Below are positions 53,607-60,387 of a stretch of 64,000 nucleotides of DNA, piece after piece. A program made the position numbers and the translations under genes. Below the pieces are notes generated by a model. It saw nothing but the letters and a program-made list of their open reading frames with translations, had not been told where the DNA came from and did no database searches. How positions within the stretch are numbered: position 1 is the stretch's first letter; every line of letters starts with the position of its first letter. Where the stretch lies: the IMG/VR virus record IMGVR_UViG_3300045988_147821, positions 1 to 64,000 of that record. The stretch is one strand, 5' to 3'. The stretch comes from a virus.

Positions 53607-53861
53607 ATGATAACGGTTATAATAAGAAACGACAGGTTCCGCATATTCATGACGGACAATATCAACGAACAGCCGATAGAGTTCGTATCGAACAGTGAAT
53701 CAAAATATGTCATGGGATTCACCAACCATAACAAACGGGTGCGGATATGGAAGATGGGAAGAAACACACCCTACGATCAGATGGTGAATCAAATGACGGA
53801 TGATAATGTCGTGTTCGATGCACCCTACAACAATACCTGTATAATAGACAGGAGGGAATAA
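53607..53861 (+). CDS. hypothetical protein (84 aa)
   Basis: ATG ORF, last gene of the plus-strand operon. Confidence 0.5.
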   Translation: MITVIIRNDRFRIFMTDNINEQPIEFVSNSESKYVMGFTNHNKRVRIWKMGRNTPYDQMVNQMTDDNVVFDAPYNNTCIIDRRE

Positions 53862-53977
53862 ATTGCAAAAAACAGAAAGTGGTGAATGATTAGGAAAAGT
53901 GATATAGGAATAGGGAGGGGGCAACAGGATATGTTTTTTGTCCATTAATGTTTTTACCAAAAACCTATGCAAAAACA

Positions 53978-54010
53978 GGTAACGGTGTCCGTCACGGACG
54001 GTACGTTACC
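53978..54010 (+). other. GC-rich two-tier stem-loop
   Basis: GGTAACG..GTCCG tca CGGAC..CGTTACC (7+5 bp). Followed by ATTTCCCC, so not a classical terminator. Confidence 0.4.
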
Positions 54011-54083
54011 ATTTCCCCAAACAGCAACAGGCAACTTGTAATAATTCTCCATAATAAATGATTCTTTTTATAGTTTAGATTTG

Positions 54084-54126
54084 GATGCAGGATATGTCGT
54101 GATGATATGATCCTGCATTGTTTTTG
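54084..54126 (+). terminator. rho-independent terminator of the plus-strand operon
   Basis: ATGCAGGAT (54085-54093) pairs with ATCCTGCAT (54110-54118), followed by TGTTTTTG. Confidence 0.6.
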
Positions 54127-54131
54127 TATGT

Positions 54132-54163
54132 ATAACCGAAATAATGCCATTTCGGTTATTTTT
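54132..54163 (+). terminator. palindromic ATAACCGAAAT/ATTTCGGTTAT hairpin plus T-run (also an inverted pair of the CATTATTTCGGTTAT motif)
   Basis: 11-bp stem (54132-54142 / 54149-54159), 6-nt loop, then TTTT. The left arm plus loop is the reverse complement of the 15-mer found at 48322 and 48365. Confidence 0.5.
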
Positions 54164-54203
54164 ATGAAAAACACGTCCACGCTATCATGGGAACAATGAT
54201 TGT

Positions 54204-54293
54204 GGCAAAAAGAATAGGGTGAGCATTACACCCACCCTATGATACGGAAATCGAAAATAATAGTACCAAAATAACTACTGAAAGAAAATATGA
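54204..54293 (-). ncRNA. candidate ~90-nt sRNA (orphan promoter-terminator unit)
   Basis: TATATTTG box on minus (54300-54307), then ~50 nt without an ATG, then the hairpin ATAGGGTG/CACCCTAT (54214-54240), then TCTTTTTGCC. Confidence 0.35.
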
Positions 54294-54299
54294 CTACCG

Positions 54300-54307
54300 C
54301 AAATATA
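54300..54307 (-). promoter_or_regulatory. Bacteroides-type -7 box TATATTTG (GTTG 20 nt upstream)
   Basis: Exact TAnnTTTG on minus inside the ORF-free island. Confidence 0.45.
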
Positions 54308-54931
54308 GGACATCCATCCCATATATGCAACACCCGTGGGGTATATCGCCCGTTTCATTTCCCGGAAAAATTTTGGAATAGGAATGGTAAGCCAAAAGGT
54401 TTCGGCAGGAAGGAAGAGAGGACATCACCCATGGGGGTAAAATGCGGTTTTTGTTTTTCCGAAAAATTTTAAGGTCCAAAAAGGTATTTCGGGGAATATA
54501 GGGAGAGAGGGTGTTTGTTGCTAAGCACGACACCCCGACTTCCTCGTTTCATAGTGTTTTGCTTCTCCAGGCATTACACCCGCATATACCCTATTTTAAG
54601 CCCTTACACACAAGGATCACCCGTTTTCCATACTGTTACCCATCCATTGCCACATTGTTCCCGTAACATCATTAAAACGGCTCGTACCCTATGTGTGTCG
54701 CCCTATCGGGAATGCGGTTTTTGCGTGTCCTGTGGTAGGGTGTGCCTTTCCCGATTATCATATAGTAAATTATTATAACAGGGTCAAAAACAGGGGTGTT
54801 TTCATTAAGTTACTGATATTCAGACGATTAAGCCAAAAAATCGTTGCATCCGCCCTTATATGCAAATCGAAGCATTGATAGTAATAATATAGGACAAATC
54901 ATTGTTTTGTGATGCGTGTGTACACGCGTGT

Positions 54932-54960
54932 GTGCTGCATATACGAATGTATTGCAGCAC
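54932..54960. other. stem-loop GTGCTGCAtATAC gaat GTATTGCAGCAC
   Basis: 12 bp with one bulge. Adjacent to the GCGTGTGT direct repeat and the GTGTACAC palindrome (54914-54933). Confidence 0.5.
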
Positions 54961-54983
54961 GAAAGAATGTATATGTATATTAG

Positions 54984-55004
54984 GTACAATGTACAATGTA
55001 CAAA
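54984..55004. repeat. 7-bp tandem repeat GTACAAT x3
   Basis: GTACAAT GTACAAT GTACAAA read directly. Confidence 0.8.
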
Positions 55005-55185
55005 AATCGAATATCAGTAACCAACTAGATTATATACACAATTAGGCGGTTTTACGCGTATATGCAGACCATACCAGGAACGGCAATAACATGGAATAAT
55101 TGCCTGGTGATCGTGGAAAGGTGGGAATAGGATAAAAGGGGTAATTAGATGTTTTGGTTACTCCCAATGGCTTCCACGCTAGGCA

Positions 55186-55266
55186 AAAACCTATCAAAAC
55201 CTATCAAAACCTATCAATTCCTATTTCAAAACCATTCAAAAAACAGCCCTCAAATCATTCAAAACC
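55186..55266. repeat. 10-bp phased iteron-like array (CTATCAAAAC) plus CATTCAAAA repeats
   Basis: CTATCAAAAC at 55191 and 55201 (exact), CTATCAATTC at 55211, CTATTTCAAAAC at 55221, then CATTCAAAAAAC (55233) and CATTCAAAACC (55256). Followed by an AT-rich tract at 55268-55300. Confidence 0.75.
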
Positions 55267-55572
55267 GTATATCTACTACTATTACTATTATTATAATCCC
55301 TATTAATGTTGTTGGAACGTTATTCTATCATTTCCGGTTTACCTGGTGATTTATTCTACTGATTGAATGTAATACAGTATATTATATTGTGTTTTCGCTA
55401 TTATGCGGGTGAATTCCCTTGTGTTCCGTATTAGGGTGGTATATATGGGTGTATATAGATGTAGTTTCCCTGTGATAGTGATATACATGCGTCTTTTGTA
55501 TGGTATGGTGGTATTATTGTATGAATGTCTTTTTATTCCTATTTTTATTTTTGGTAAGATTTTTTGCTAAAA

Positions 55573-55594
55573 ACCGAAATAGTGTTATTTCGGT
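55573..55594 (-). terminator. ACCGAAATA/TATTTCGGT hairpin (T-run on minus strand)
   Basis: 9-bp stem, 4-nt loop. Minus strand continues TTTTTAGC. Same core as the cassette hairpins. Confidence 0.4.
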
Positions 55595-55651
55595 AAATTC
55601 ATTCAAAATGTGTTTCACATGGTATTGTAGACGTGATTTTTGCACAAAAAT

Positions 55652-55697
55652 AACAGGTACAAGGTGTTTATGTTTGTCTATTCCTTGTACCTGTTTT
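55652..55697. terminator. strong bidirectional terminator ending the 55757-64000 minus-strand block
   Basis: AACAGGTACAAGG (55652-55664) pairs with CCTTGTACCTGTT (55683-55695), 13 bp perfect. T-runs on both strands. 60 nt after stop 55757. Confidence 0.7.
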
Positions 55698-55756
55698 CAG
55701 ATAGTTTTTATAAATCATTGTATCATGATTATATTATTGCTATTTTGATTGATTGA

Positions 55757-56101
55757 TTAATAGGTGAGTTCCGCCAATACGTCCGTATTATATACGGGTA
55801 ACTGTTTTGCGTATCGTGTACGCCCGTCTAGGGGTGTTTCCGTGATAGTTAGTTCTAGTAATTTGTATATTGGTGTATTCCAGATAGGTTTTTCTAGGGC
55901 TTCTATTTCTTTGTACCTGGGCGAATCTATATATATACCTTTTGGACCGTGGTAAAACTGTTTAAAAAACGGGTGATCTTTATGTCTGCATACCAAATGA
56001 TAACTTATATGTTTATATGCTATATCCTTTACCGTTTTTGAGGCCGATTTACAAATATATTGGCTACCTGTTTTGCTGTTTTTTACTGTTACTAGTATCA
56101 T
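55757..56101 (-). CDS. hypothetical protein (114 aa)
   Basis: ATG ORF, last gene before the bidirectional terminator. Confidence 0.55.
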   Translation of the reverse strand: MILVTVKNSKTGSQYICKSASKTVKDIAYKHISYHLVCRHKDHPFFKQFYHGPKGIYIDSPRYKEIEALEKPIWNTPIYKLLELTITETPLDGRTRYAKQLPVYNTDVLAELTY

Positions 56102-56141
56102 AATGTTTTTTGTTTTAATATTAAACTATTTCGATATGTTT

Positions 56142-56369
56142 TTATTTTTGCGTCAATATATCTATTACCCTATCGATTTCCCGTTTTGCTTCTTTAATGG
56201 TCTTATGCGCATACTTTATATTTTTTGGAAATGTAGGGATATTAGGAAAATTAATTAGATACATTTTCGTTTTATAGCCGCAAAAGCAATAATGTATTAT
56301 ATATCCTTTATAAATCATATCTTTTTGTTTTTTATGGATAATATATCGGTATTGATTGATATCTTTCAA
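56142..56369 (-). CDS. hypothetical protein (75 aa; or 58 aa from ATG 56318)
   Basis: The listed start is a TTG; the first ATG is at 56318. Confidence 0.4.
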   Translation of the reverse strand: MKDINQYRYIIHKKQKDMIYKGYIIHYCFCGYKTKMYLINFPNIPTFPKNIKYAHKTIKEAKREIDRVIDILTQK

Positions 56370-56390
56370 TAGAGGGCTTTATTTTGCCTT

Positions 56391-56693
56391 CTATTGGTGT
56401 TTTTGGATAGAGAATTGCACACCGTCAAGTATATATTTTGCGTGCTCTTTAGCCGCTTGCTGTTTTTCTTGTCTGGTGGGTGTTATTCCGTCATACTTGT
56501 ACAATAGTTTGGCGGCTTCTCTGATTATACTTTTCATTGCGCTGCAATTTGCAAGGTATTCTATTGATGGCTGTATGCCCTTGTTTACCTTCTTAATTAT
56601 GCAATTTTGCAGCCATGTTGTAATATCGTATATTTCCCGCGTATTGCGTATATACATTGCAAGTAAATTAGGTATGTCGTTTCTTGTTTCCAT
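56391..56693 (-). CDS. hypothetical protein (100 aa)
   Basis: ATG ORF (METRND..) downstream of cassette A. Confidence 0.55.
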   Translation of the reverse strand: METRNDIPNLLAMYIRNTREIYDITTWLQNCIIKKVNKGIQPSIEYLANCSAMKSIIREAAKLLYKYDGITPTRQEKQQAAKEHAKYILDGVQFSIQKHQ

Positions 56694-56804
56694 AATGTTA
56701 CGTTTTTTAATTGTTATTGTTTTGTTTCTGTTTTTCGATATAGTCGGTTATCTGTATGGATAGGTACAAGCAACCTAATAATATTAATGTTTCAATCATA
56801 GCAT

Positions 56805-56960
56805 GTATTTTTTAATTGTTCGTTAATCGTTTTTTTCAATCACATTGCAAAGGTAAGGATAAAAACCGAAATAACAACTATTTCGGGAAATTATTTTTGT
56901 TAATAAATGTTTAATGATAGGTAAAACGTTGAAATTGAGTGAGTTATGAACTATCAAAAA
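56805..56960 (-). repeat. terminator+promoter cassette, copy A
   Basis: Near-identical to copies B and C. Contains the hairpin CCGAAATA acaac TATTTCGG (56866-56886, TTTTT on minus) and the TACCTTTG -7 box (56848-56855). Its last 14 nt (TGAACTATCAAAAA) are shared with copy C only. Confidence 0.85.
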
Positions 56961-57255
56961 CATTATTCAAAACGTATATACGCTCGTTTTTATGTAAATA
57001 ATATAGGTAGTGATTATATTCCCATGTGCATTTAATTCGCCTTATGTTGATGCTCTTATGATACTTATATCTAATATATCGCTCGTGCTGCATTATACAC
57101 TGATTGACGGATGCAACGTATATTATTGGTATTCCGTGTTTTTTGCAATGGTTAAGTATAAGATTAATTTCTCGAGCGATTATTATGTACGGTGTAATGG
57201 TACGGGCATCTACTATATAGTAGGTATGCCCGTCTATATTGGTAGTCTGTATCAT
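56944..57255 (-). CDS. hypothetical protein (103 aa)
   Basis: ATG ORF. Its last 5 codons lie inside cassette A. Confidence 0.55.
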   Translation of the reverse strand: MIQTTNIDGHTYYIVDARTITPYIIIAREINLILNHCKKHGIPIIYVASVNQCIMQHERYIRYKYHKSINIRRIKCTWEYNHYLYYLHKNERIYVLNNVFDSS

Positions 57256-57761
57256 TGCTCTAGATACCCGTTTTTTTGCAAAAATTCATTTAGATCAATT
57301 TCCGAATAATCTACAAAATTAGATTCCATTCTACTATTATTGCAGATCCACCCGTATATAATGTTAAGCAAATCATTGTCTAGCCTATTATAGTTGACAT
57401 ATTGTTGTGCGGCTTCCATTATTATATCAAATTTCATTTCGGTATAATATTGTCCTAGATAACAATCAAAATCTAGTATATCACTATTTTTTATAAAGTC
57501 GCGCAAATCTTTTGCAGGCTCTCCAAAAATAAACGCGTTTTCACCGTTCCAGGATGTTTTTTCATGTACTATATTTTCCGGGTAATATTCTTTGAAATAA
57601 GATATTATAACCTTGTCTAAAAATGATCCACCGTAATCGGTGTACGCGAAATTAAGGTATATATCACTATGTTTGTCTTTTGCTTCCTGTAATAAACTTT
57701 CAGAAGCCACGTATGTTTGTTTGCTTGAAAAATCTACTAGGTTGTTATTGTTCGTTCTCAT
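57252..57761 (-). CDS. hypothetical protein (169 aa)
   Basis: ATG ORF with an ATGA overlap with the downstream gene. Confidence 0.55.
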   Translation of the reverse strand: MRTNNNNLVDFSSKQTYVASESLLQEAKDKHSDIYLNFAYTDYGGSFLDKVIISYFKEYYPENIVHEKTSWNGENAFIFGEPAKDLRDFIKNSDILDFDCYLGQYYTEMKFDIIMEAAQQYVNYNRLDNDLLNIIYGWICNNSRMESNFVDYSEIDLNEFLQKNGYLEQ

Positions 57762-57926
57762 ATCTTTAATTATTTTAAATTATTACTTTTGATTTTTCCA
57801 CACTCTATAATCATTATCACTTTCAAAACACATATAACCGTCAAATACTTTGGCTACATGTGCGGGGGTAAACGGGCAAATTTTAATTGCCCGATACCTT
57901 GTTTCAACTTGCGCAAAAAAACGTTC

Positions 57927-58826
57927 TCATAATTTCTTTAATTTAAAGGTTATGTTTTCGGGAAGTTTAGTTTTGTCAACTGTTTTGATAAATTCGTCAA
58001 ATTGTTCTTGCGTTACTTTTTCTTCGTAATCATTCCAATTAAATACAAGTTCATTGCTATGATTGTAGTATATTACGTTTTTAATGGGAATCCCGGTGTC
58101 AAGAAGGGCTAACCTAACTAGCTTTCTATTTTCCGCTTTTTGTGTTTCTTTTTCGAAATCTGCAATTATTTCATTGCGTTTCTTCTCGTATTCTTCACGT
58201 TTTTTCTGGTCTTTTCGTGCCTGTATGGCTTCACTAGTATAATACCCTTCCTTAATTCTGTTTTCGATTAGTGTACGTTCTTCGTCCGTCAATTTTAATG
58301 CAAAACGTTCGCTTTCGGGTTTATACGGGTTTTCCCATGTGTTACCCGTCAATGCTTCTAATTGTTTGATAGCCTTTAAACTTTCTTGTTTCCAACGGTC
58401 TACGATCCCTAGGGTATATAGTAGGTGTTTAAAGTACAACTTATCCTCTGTATTATTACGTAATATATCGTATTCTGTTTCAGTGATACGTAGGTAGTTT
58501 ATTGCCTTTTCCTTGTCGCTGTTTACTAGGTGATATACTCCATTTTCAACGGGATACATTGGCTGCCCGTAATGGTTGCACAAATGTAGGTCAATAAATG
58601 TTTTAAACTCTGGGAAATACTTCAAAATTTCGTCGTGACAACAACCACTAGCACACCAAACGAAACGCCCGTTCCTACGTTTTTCATATATATCCGCTGT
58701 GATGCCCCAATCACATACACCATTTTTGCAACAATCATTTAAACTTATACGCACATTCATTTTGTAGGTTATTCCGTTCTCTACATAAAATTTTGTTACA
58801 TTGTAAGATAAATTCTTTGTTTCCAT
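57927..58826 (-). CDS. hypothetical Cys-rich protein (299 aa)
   Basis: The track ORF (to 58871) begins inside cassette B. The true start is probably ATG 58826 (METKNLSY..), homologous in position to the start after cassette C. Cys cluster CCKNGVCDW...CASGCCHDE...C. Confidence 0.55.
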   Translation of the reverse strand: METKNLSYNVTKFYVENGITYKMNVRISLNDCCKNGVCDWGITADIYEKRRNGRFVWCASGCCHDEILKYFPEFKTFIDLHLCNHYGQPMYPVENGVYHLVNSDKEKAINYLRITETEYDILRNNTEDKLYFKHLLYTLGIVDRWKQESLKAIKQLEALTGNTWENPYKPESERFALKLTDEERTLIENRIKEGYYTSEAIQARKDQKKREEYEKKRNEIIADFEKETQKAENRKLVRLALLDTGIPIKNVIYYNHSNELVFNWNDYEEKVTQEQFDEFIKTVDKTKLPENITFKLKKL

Positions 58827-58834
58827 AATTATAA

Positions 58835-58975
58835 GTATTTTTAATTGTTCGTTAATCGTTTTTTCAATCACATTGCAAAGGTAAGGATAAAAACCGAAAT
58901 AACAACTATTTCGGGAAATTATTTTTGTTAATAAATGTTTAATGATAGGTAAAACGTTGAAATTGAGTGAGTTAT
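58835..58975 (-). repeat. terminator+promoter cassette, copy B
   Basis: Hairpin 58894-58914, TACCTTTG box 58876-58883. Also shares the 5' UTR and first codons (..AATTATGGAAACAAAG) with copy C from 58816. Confidence 0.85.
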
Positions 58976-59283
58976 TTACGTTTAATTTTTTGCGTCCAAA
59001 TACGTTTTCTTCCTCCTAATGTGGCAGTTTTCACCCAAATATTATATAATTTACATTTAGGGTATAATTTACTGTTATTAAGTAACATTAAGTCGTTATT
59101 GCTTAATTCTTTCCACCCCCTAGATATAGGGGTATAACCTGTTAACTTAATACTTTCGGGGGCATTCTCTGATATGGTAAGCGTTTCAACTTCTATTGGG
59201 AAATTGTAATCTTTCATTCTGTTTAATGTATTGGAGCGTTTGGTCGCTCGTCTTAATATTACATTGATATTTTTTGCTTTCAT
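58972..59283 (-). CDS. hypothetical basic protein (103 aa)
   Basis: ATG ORF whose stop lies at the edge of cassette B. Confidence 0.55.
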   Translation of the reverse strand: MKAKNINVILRRATKRSNTLNRMKDYNFPIEVETLTISENAPESIKLTGYTPISRGWKELSNNDLMLLNNSKLYPKCKLYNIWVKTATLGGRKRIWTQKIKRK

Positions 59284-59297
59284 TATTGTATGATTTT

Positions 59298-59729
59298 TTA
59301 AATGTTATTTAAATATGATTTTGGAAGTAATGGAAAAACATTCAAAACTTCTTTAAAACTTATTTCTCCAAACTTTTCGATATATACGGAAAAATAACGT
59401 TCTTTCCGCCTACGATCAATAGTTATGCAGCTAGGTACGTCCTTTCGTTTTAACGTATTATAGTCGTTTGCGTGCTTTCTTACAAACTTAATCAATTCGG
59501 GCGTGTCTCTGTATAGTTTTATTATGTTTTGTGTCCTGGTGCCGTTATAATACACTCGTTTAACCTGTTTTTCGGGTAACTTGTGCCCGTCATAGCTTTT
59601 CCAAAACTTGATATTTTCCTTTATAATATTCAATGTGTCAATGCTTCTACTAGCTTTAAACGTTCCTATCTTAATACTTTCGTTTTCAAGGATAGGATAT
59701 AATTCTTTTTCTACATTCTGTTTTTTCAT
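59298..59729 (-). CDS. hypothetical protein (143 aa; track start 59756)
   Basis: ATG 59729 avoids overlap with the upstream gene (stop 59734). ATG 59756 is also possible. Confidence 0.5.
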   Translation of the reverse strand: MKKQNVEKELYPILENESIKIGTFKASRSIDTLNIIKENIKFWKSYDGHKLPEKQVKRVYYNGTRTQNIIKLYRDTPELIKFVRKHANDYNTLKRKDVPSCITIDRRRKERYFSVYIEKFGEISFKEVLNVFPLLPKSYLNNI

Positions 59730-59733
59730 AATG

Positions 59734-60006
59734 CTAAATATTTTCAGTGTAAACATAATTTCCTGTATTCACTTCTACAACTGACACGGTACCGCCCTTG
59801 TAATCGCCAAAATAGGTTGTATTGTCGTTCCTGTTTGCTTCAATCCATTGCATACAATATTCGTAAGTACCATTTATATACTTACAATTGCTTGCTGTGT
59901 CATCATTAAAAACCACGTCGTAAACTTGTTCGCAATTGGTTTCGGTTTTTTGTTTACAATCGTCTATCACTACCACGGCTTTTTGTGATATTCTCTTTGT
60001 TTCCAT
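59734..60006 (-). CDS. hypothetical protein (90 aa)
   Basis: ATG ORF (METKRIS..) directly downstream of cassette C. Confidence 0.55.
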   Translation of the reverse strand: METKRISQKAVVVIDDCKQKTETNCEQVYDVVFNDDTASNCKYINGTYEYCMQWIEANRNDNTTYFGDYKGGTVSVVEVNTGNYVYTENI

Positions 60007-60014
60007 AATTGTAA

Positions 60015-60169
60015 GTGTTTTTTAATTGTTCGTTAATCGTTTTTTCAATCACATTGCAAAGGTAAGGATAAAAACCGAAATAACAACTATTTCGGGAAAT
60101 TATTTTTGTTAATAAATGTTTAATGATAGGTAAAACGTTGAAATTGAGTGAGTTATGAACTATCAAAAA
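60015..60169 (-). repeat. terminator+promoter cassette, copy C
   Basis: Hairpin 60075-60095, TACCTTTG box 60057-60064. Retains TTATGAACTATCAAAAA, which in copy A is the 3' end of gene 56944..57255, although no gene precedes copy C. Confidence 0.85.
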
Positions 60170-60245
60170 TTTCGGTTTTTGATACGGTATATATTGCGTA
60201 CATGTATATTACACCTTATTATATATAGGGCGTTTGTGATAGAGA

Positions 60246-60281
60246 TCCTAGTCCTGGTCCTAGTCCTGGTCCTGGTCCTAG
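60246..60281. repeat. hexamer microsatellite (TCCTRG)x6
   Basis: TCCTAG TCCTGG TCCTAG TCCTGG TCCTGG TCCTAG read directly. Intergenic. Confidence 0.9.
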
Positions 60282-60387
60282 ACGATTGATAGTAAAAAAG
60301 TCGGACACATGAGGTGCCCGACTGGTGCACCCCCCCAGGGGCAGGAGAGGGTGTTGCACAAATTTTCGATAGGAGAGGGGAGATCTG

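Larger units (their letters stand above)
55546..55698 (+). ncRNA. weak candidate ~140-nt transcript (TATTTTTG box to bidirectional terminator)
   Basis: TATTTTTG at 55546-55553. Internal hairpin at 55573-55594. 13-bp terminator stem at 55652-55695. The only ORF (Cys-rich, within track ORF 55500..55748) runs through the terminator stem. Confidence 0.25.

Noticed and set aside
54076-54083. TAGATTTG -7-like box directly abutting the operon terminator hairpin
   Set aside because: A transcript from it would start inside the hairpin. This is probably a chance match created by the T-rich flank. The similar case at 24312 is reported only at low confidence.
48462-54626. Motif TC(G/A)CCCGT(A/T)T shared by both non-coding islands (48462, 48742, 54346, 54617)
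   Set aside because: The same 10-mer also occurs inside coding regions (8494 and 22569), so it is not island-specific.
54290-55748. Track ORFs in the 1.9-kb island (54290..54472, 54294..54533, 54515..54778, 54693..54878, 55149..55349, 55500..55748)
   Set aside because: They are in conflicting frames, have unusual composition (Cys/Phe/Pro-rich), lack promoters, and several run through terminator stems.
59954-60166. 70-aa ORF (also 62707..62916, and the first 15 codons of 57927..58871) running through the repeated cassettes or promoter regions
   Set aside because: 59954..60166 starts at a TTG; all three span a terminator hairpin and/or promoter box. The repeated peptide ..IEKTINEQLK.. is simply the translated cassette sequence.
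56805-60169. The three identical repeats as a CRISPR array
   Set aside because: There are only three copies, ~145 bp long, separated by 1.0-1.9 kb of protein-coding genes. They contain promoter and terminator elements, and no cas genes are present.
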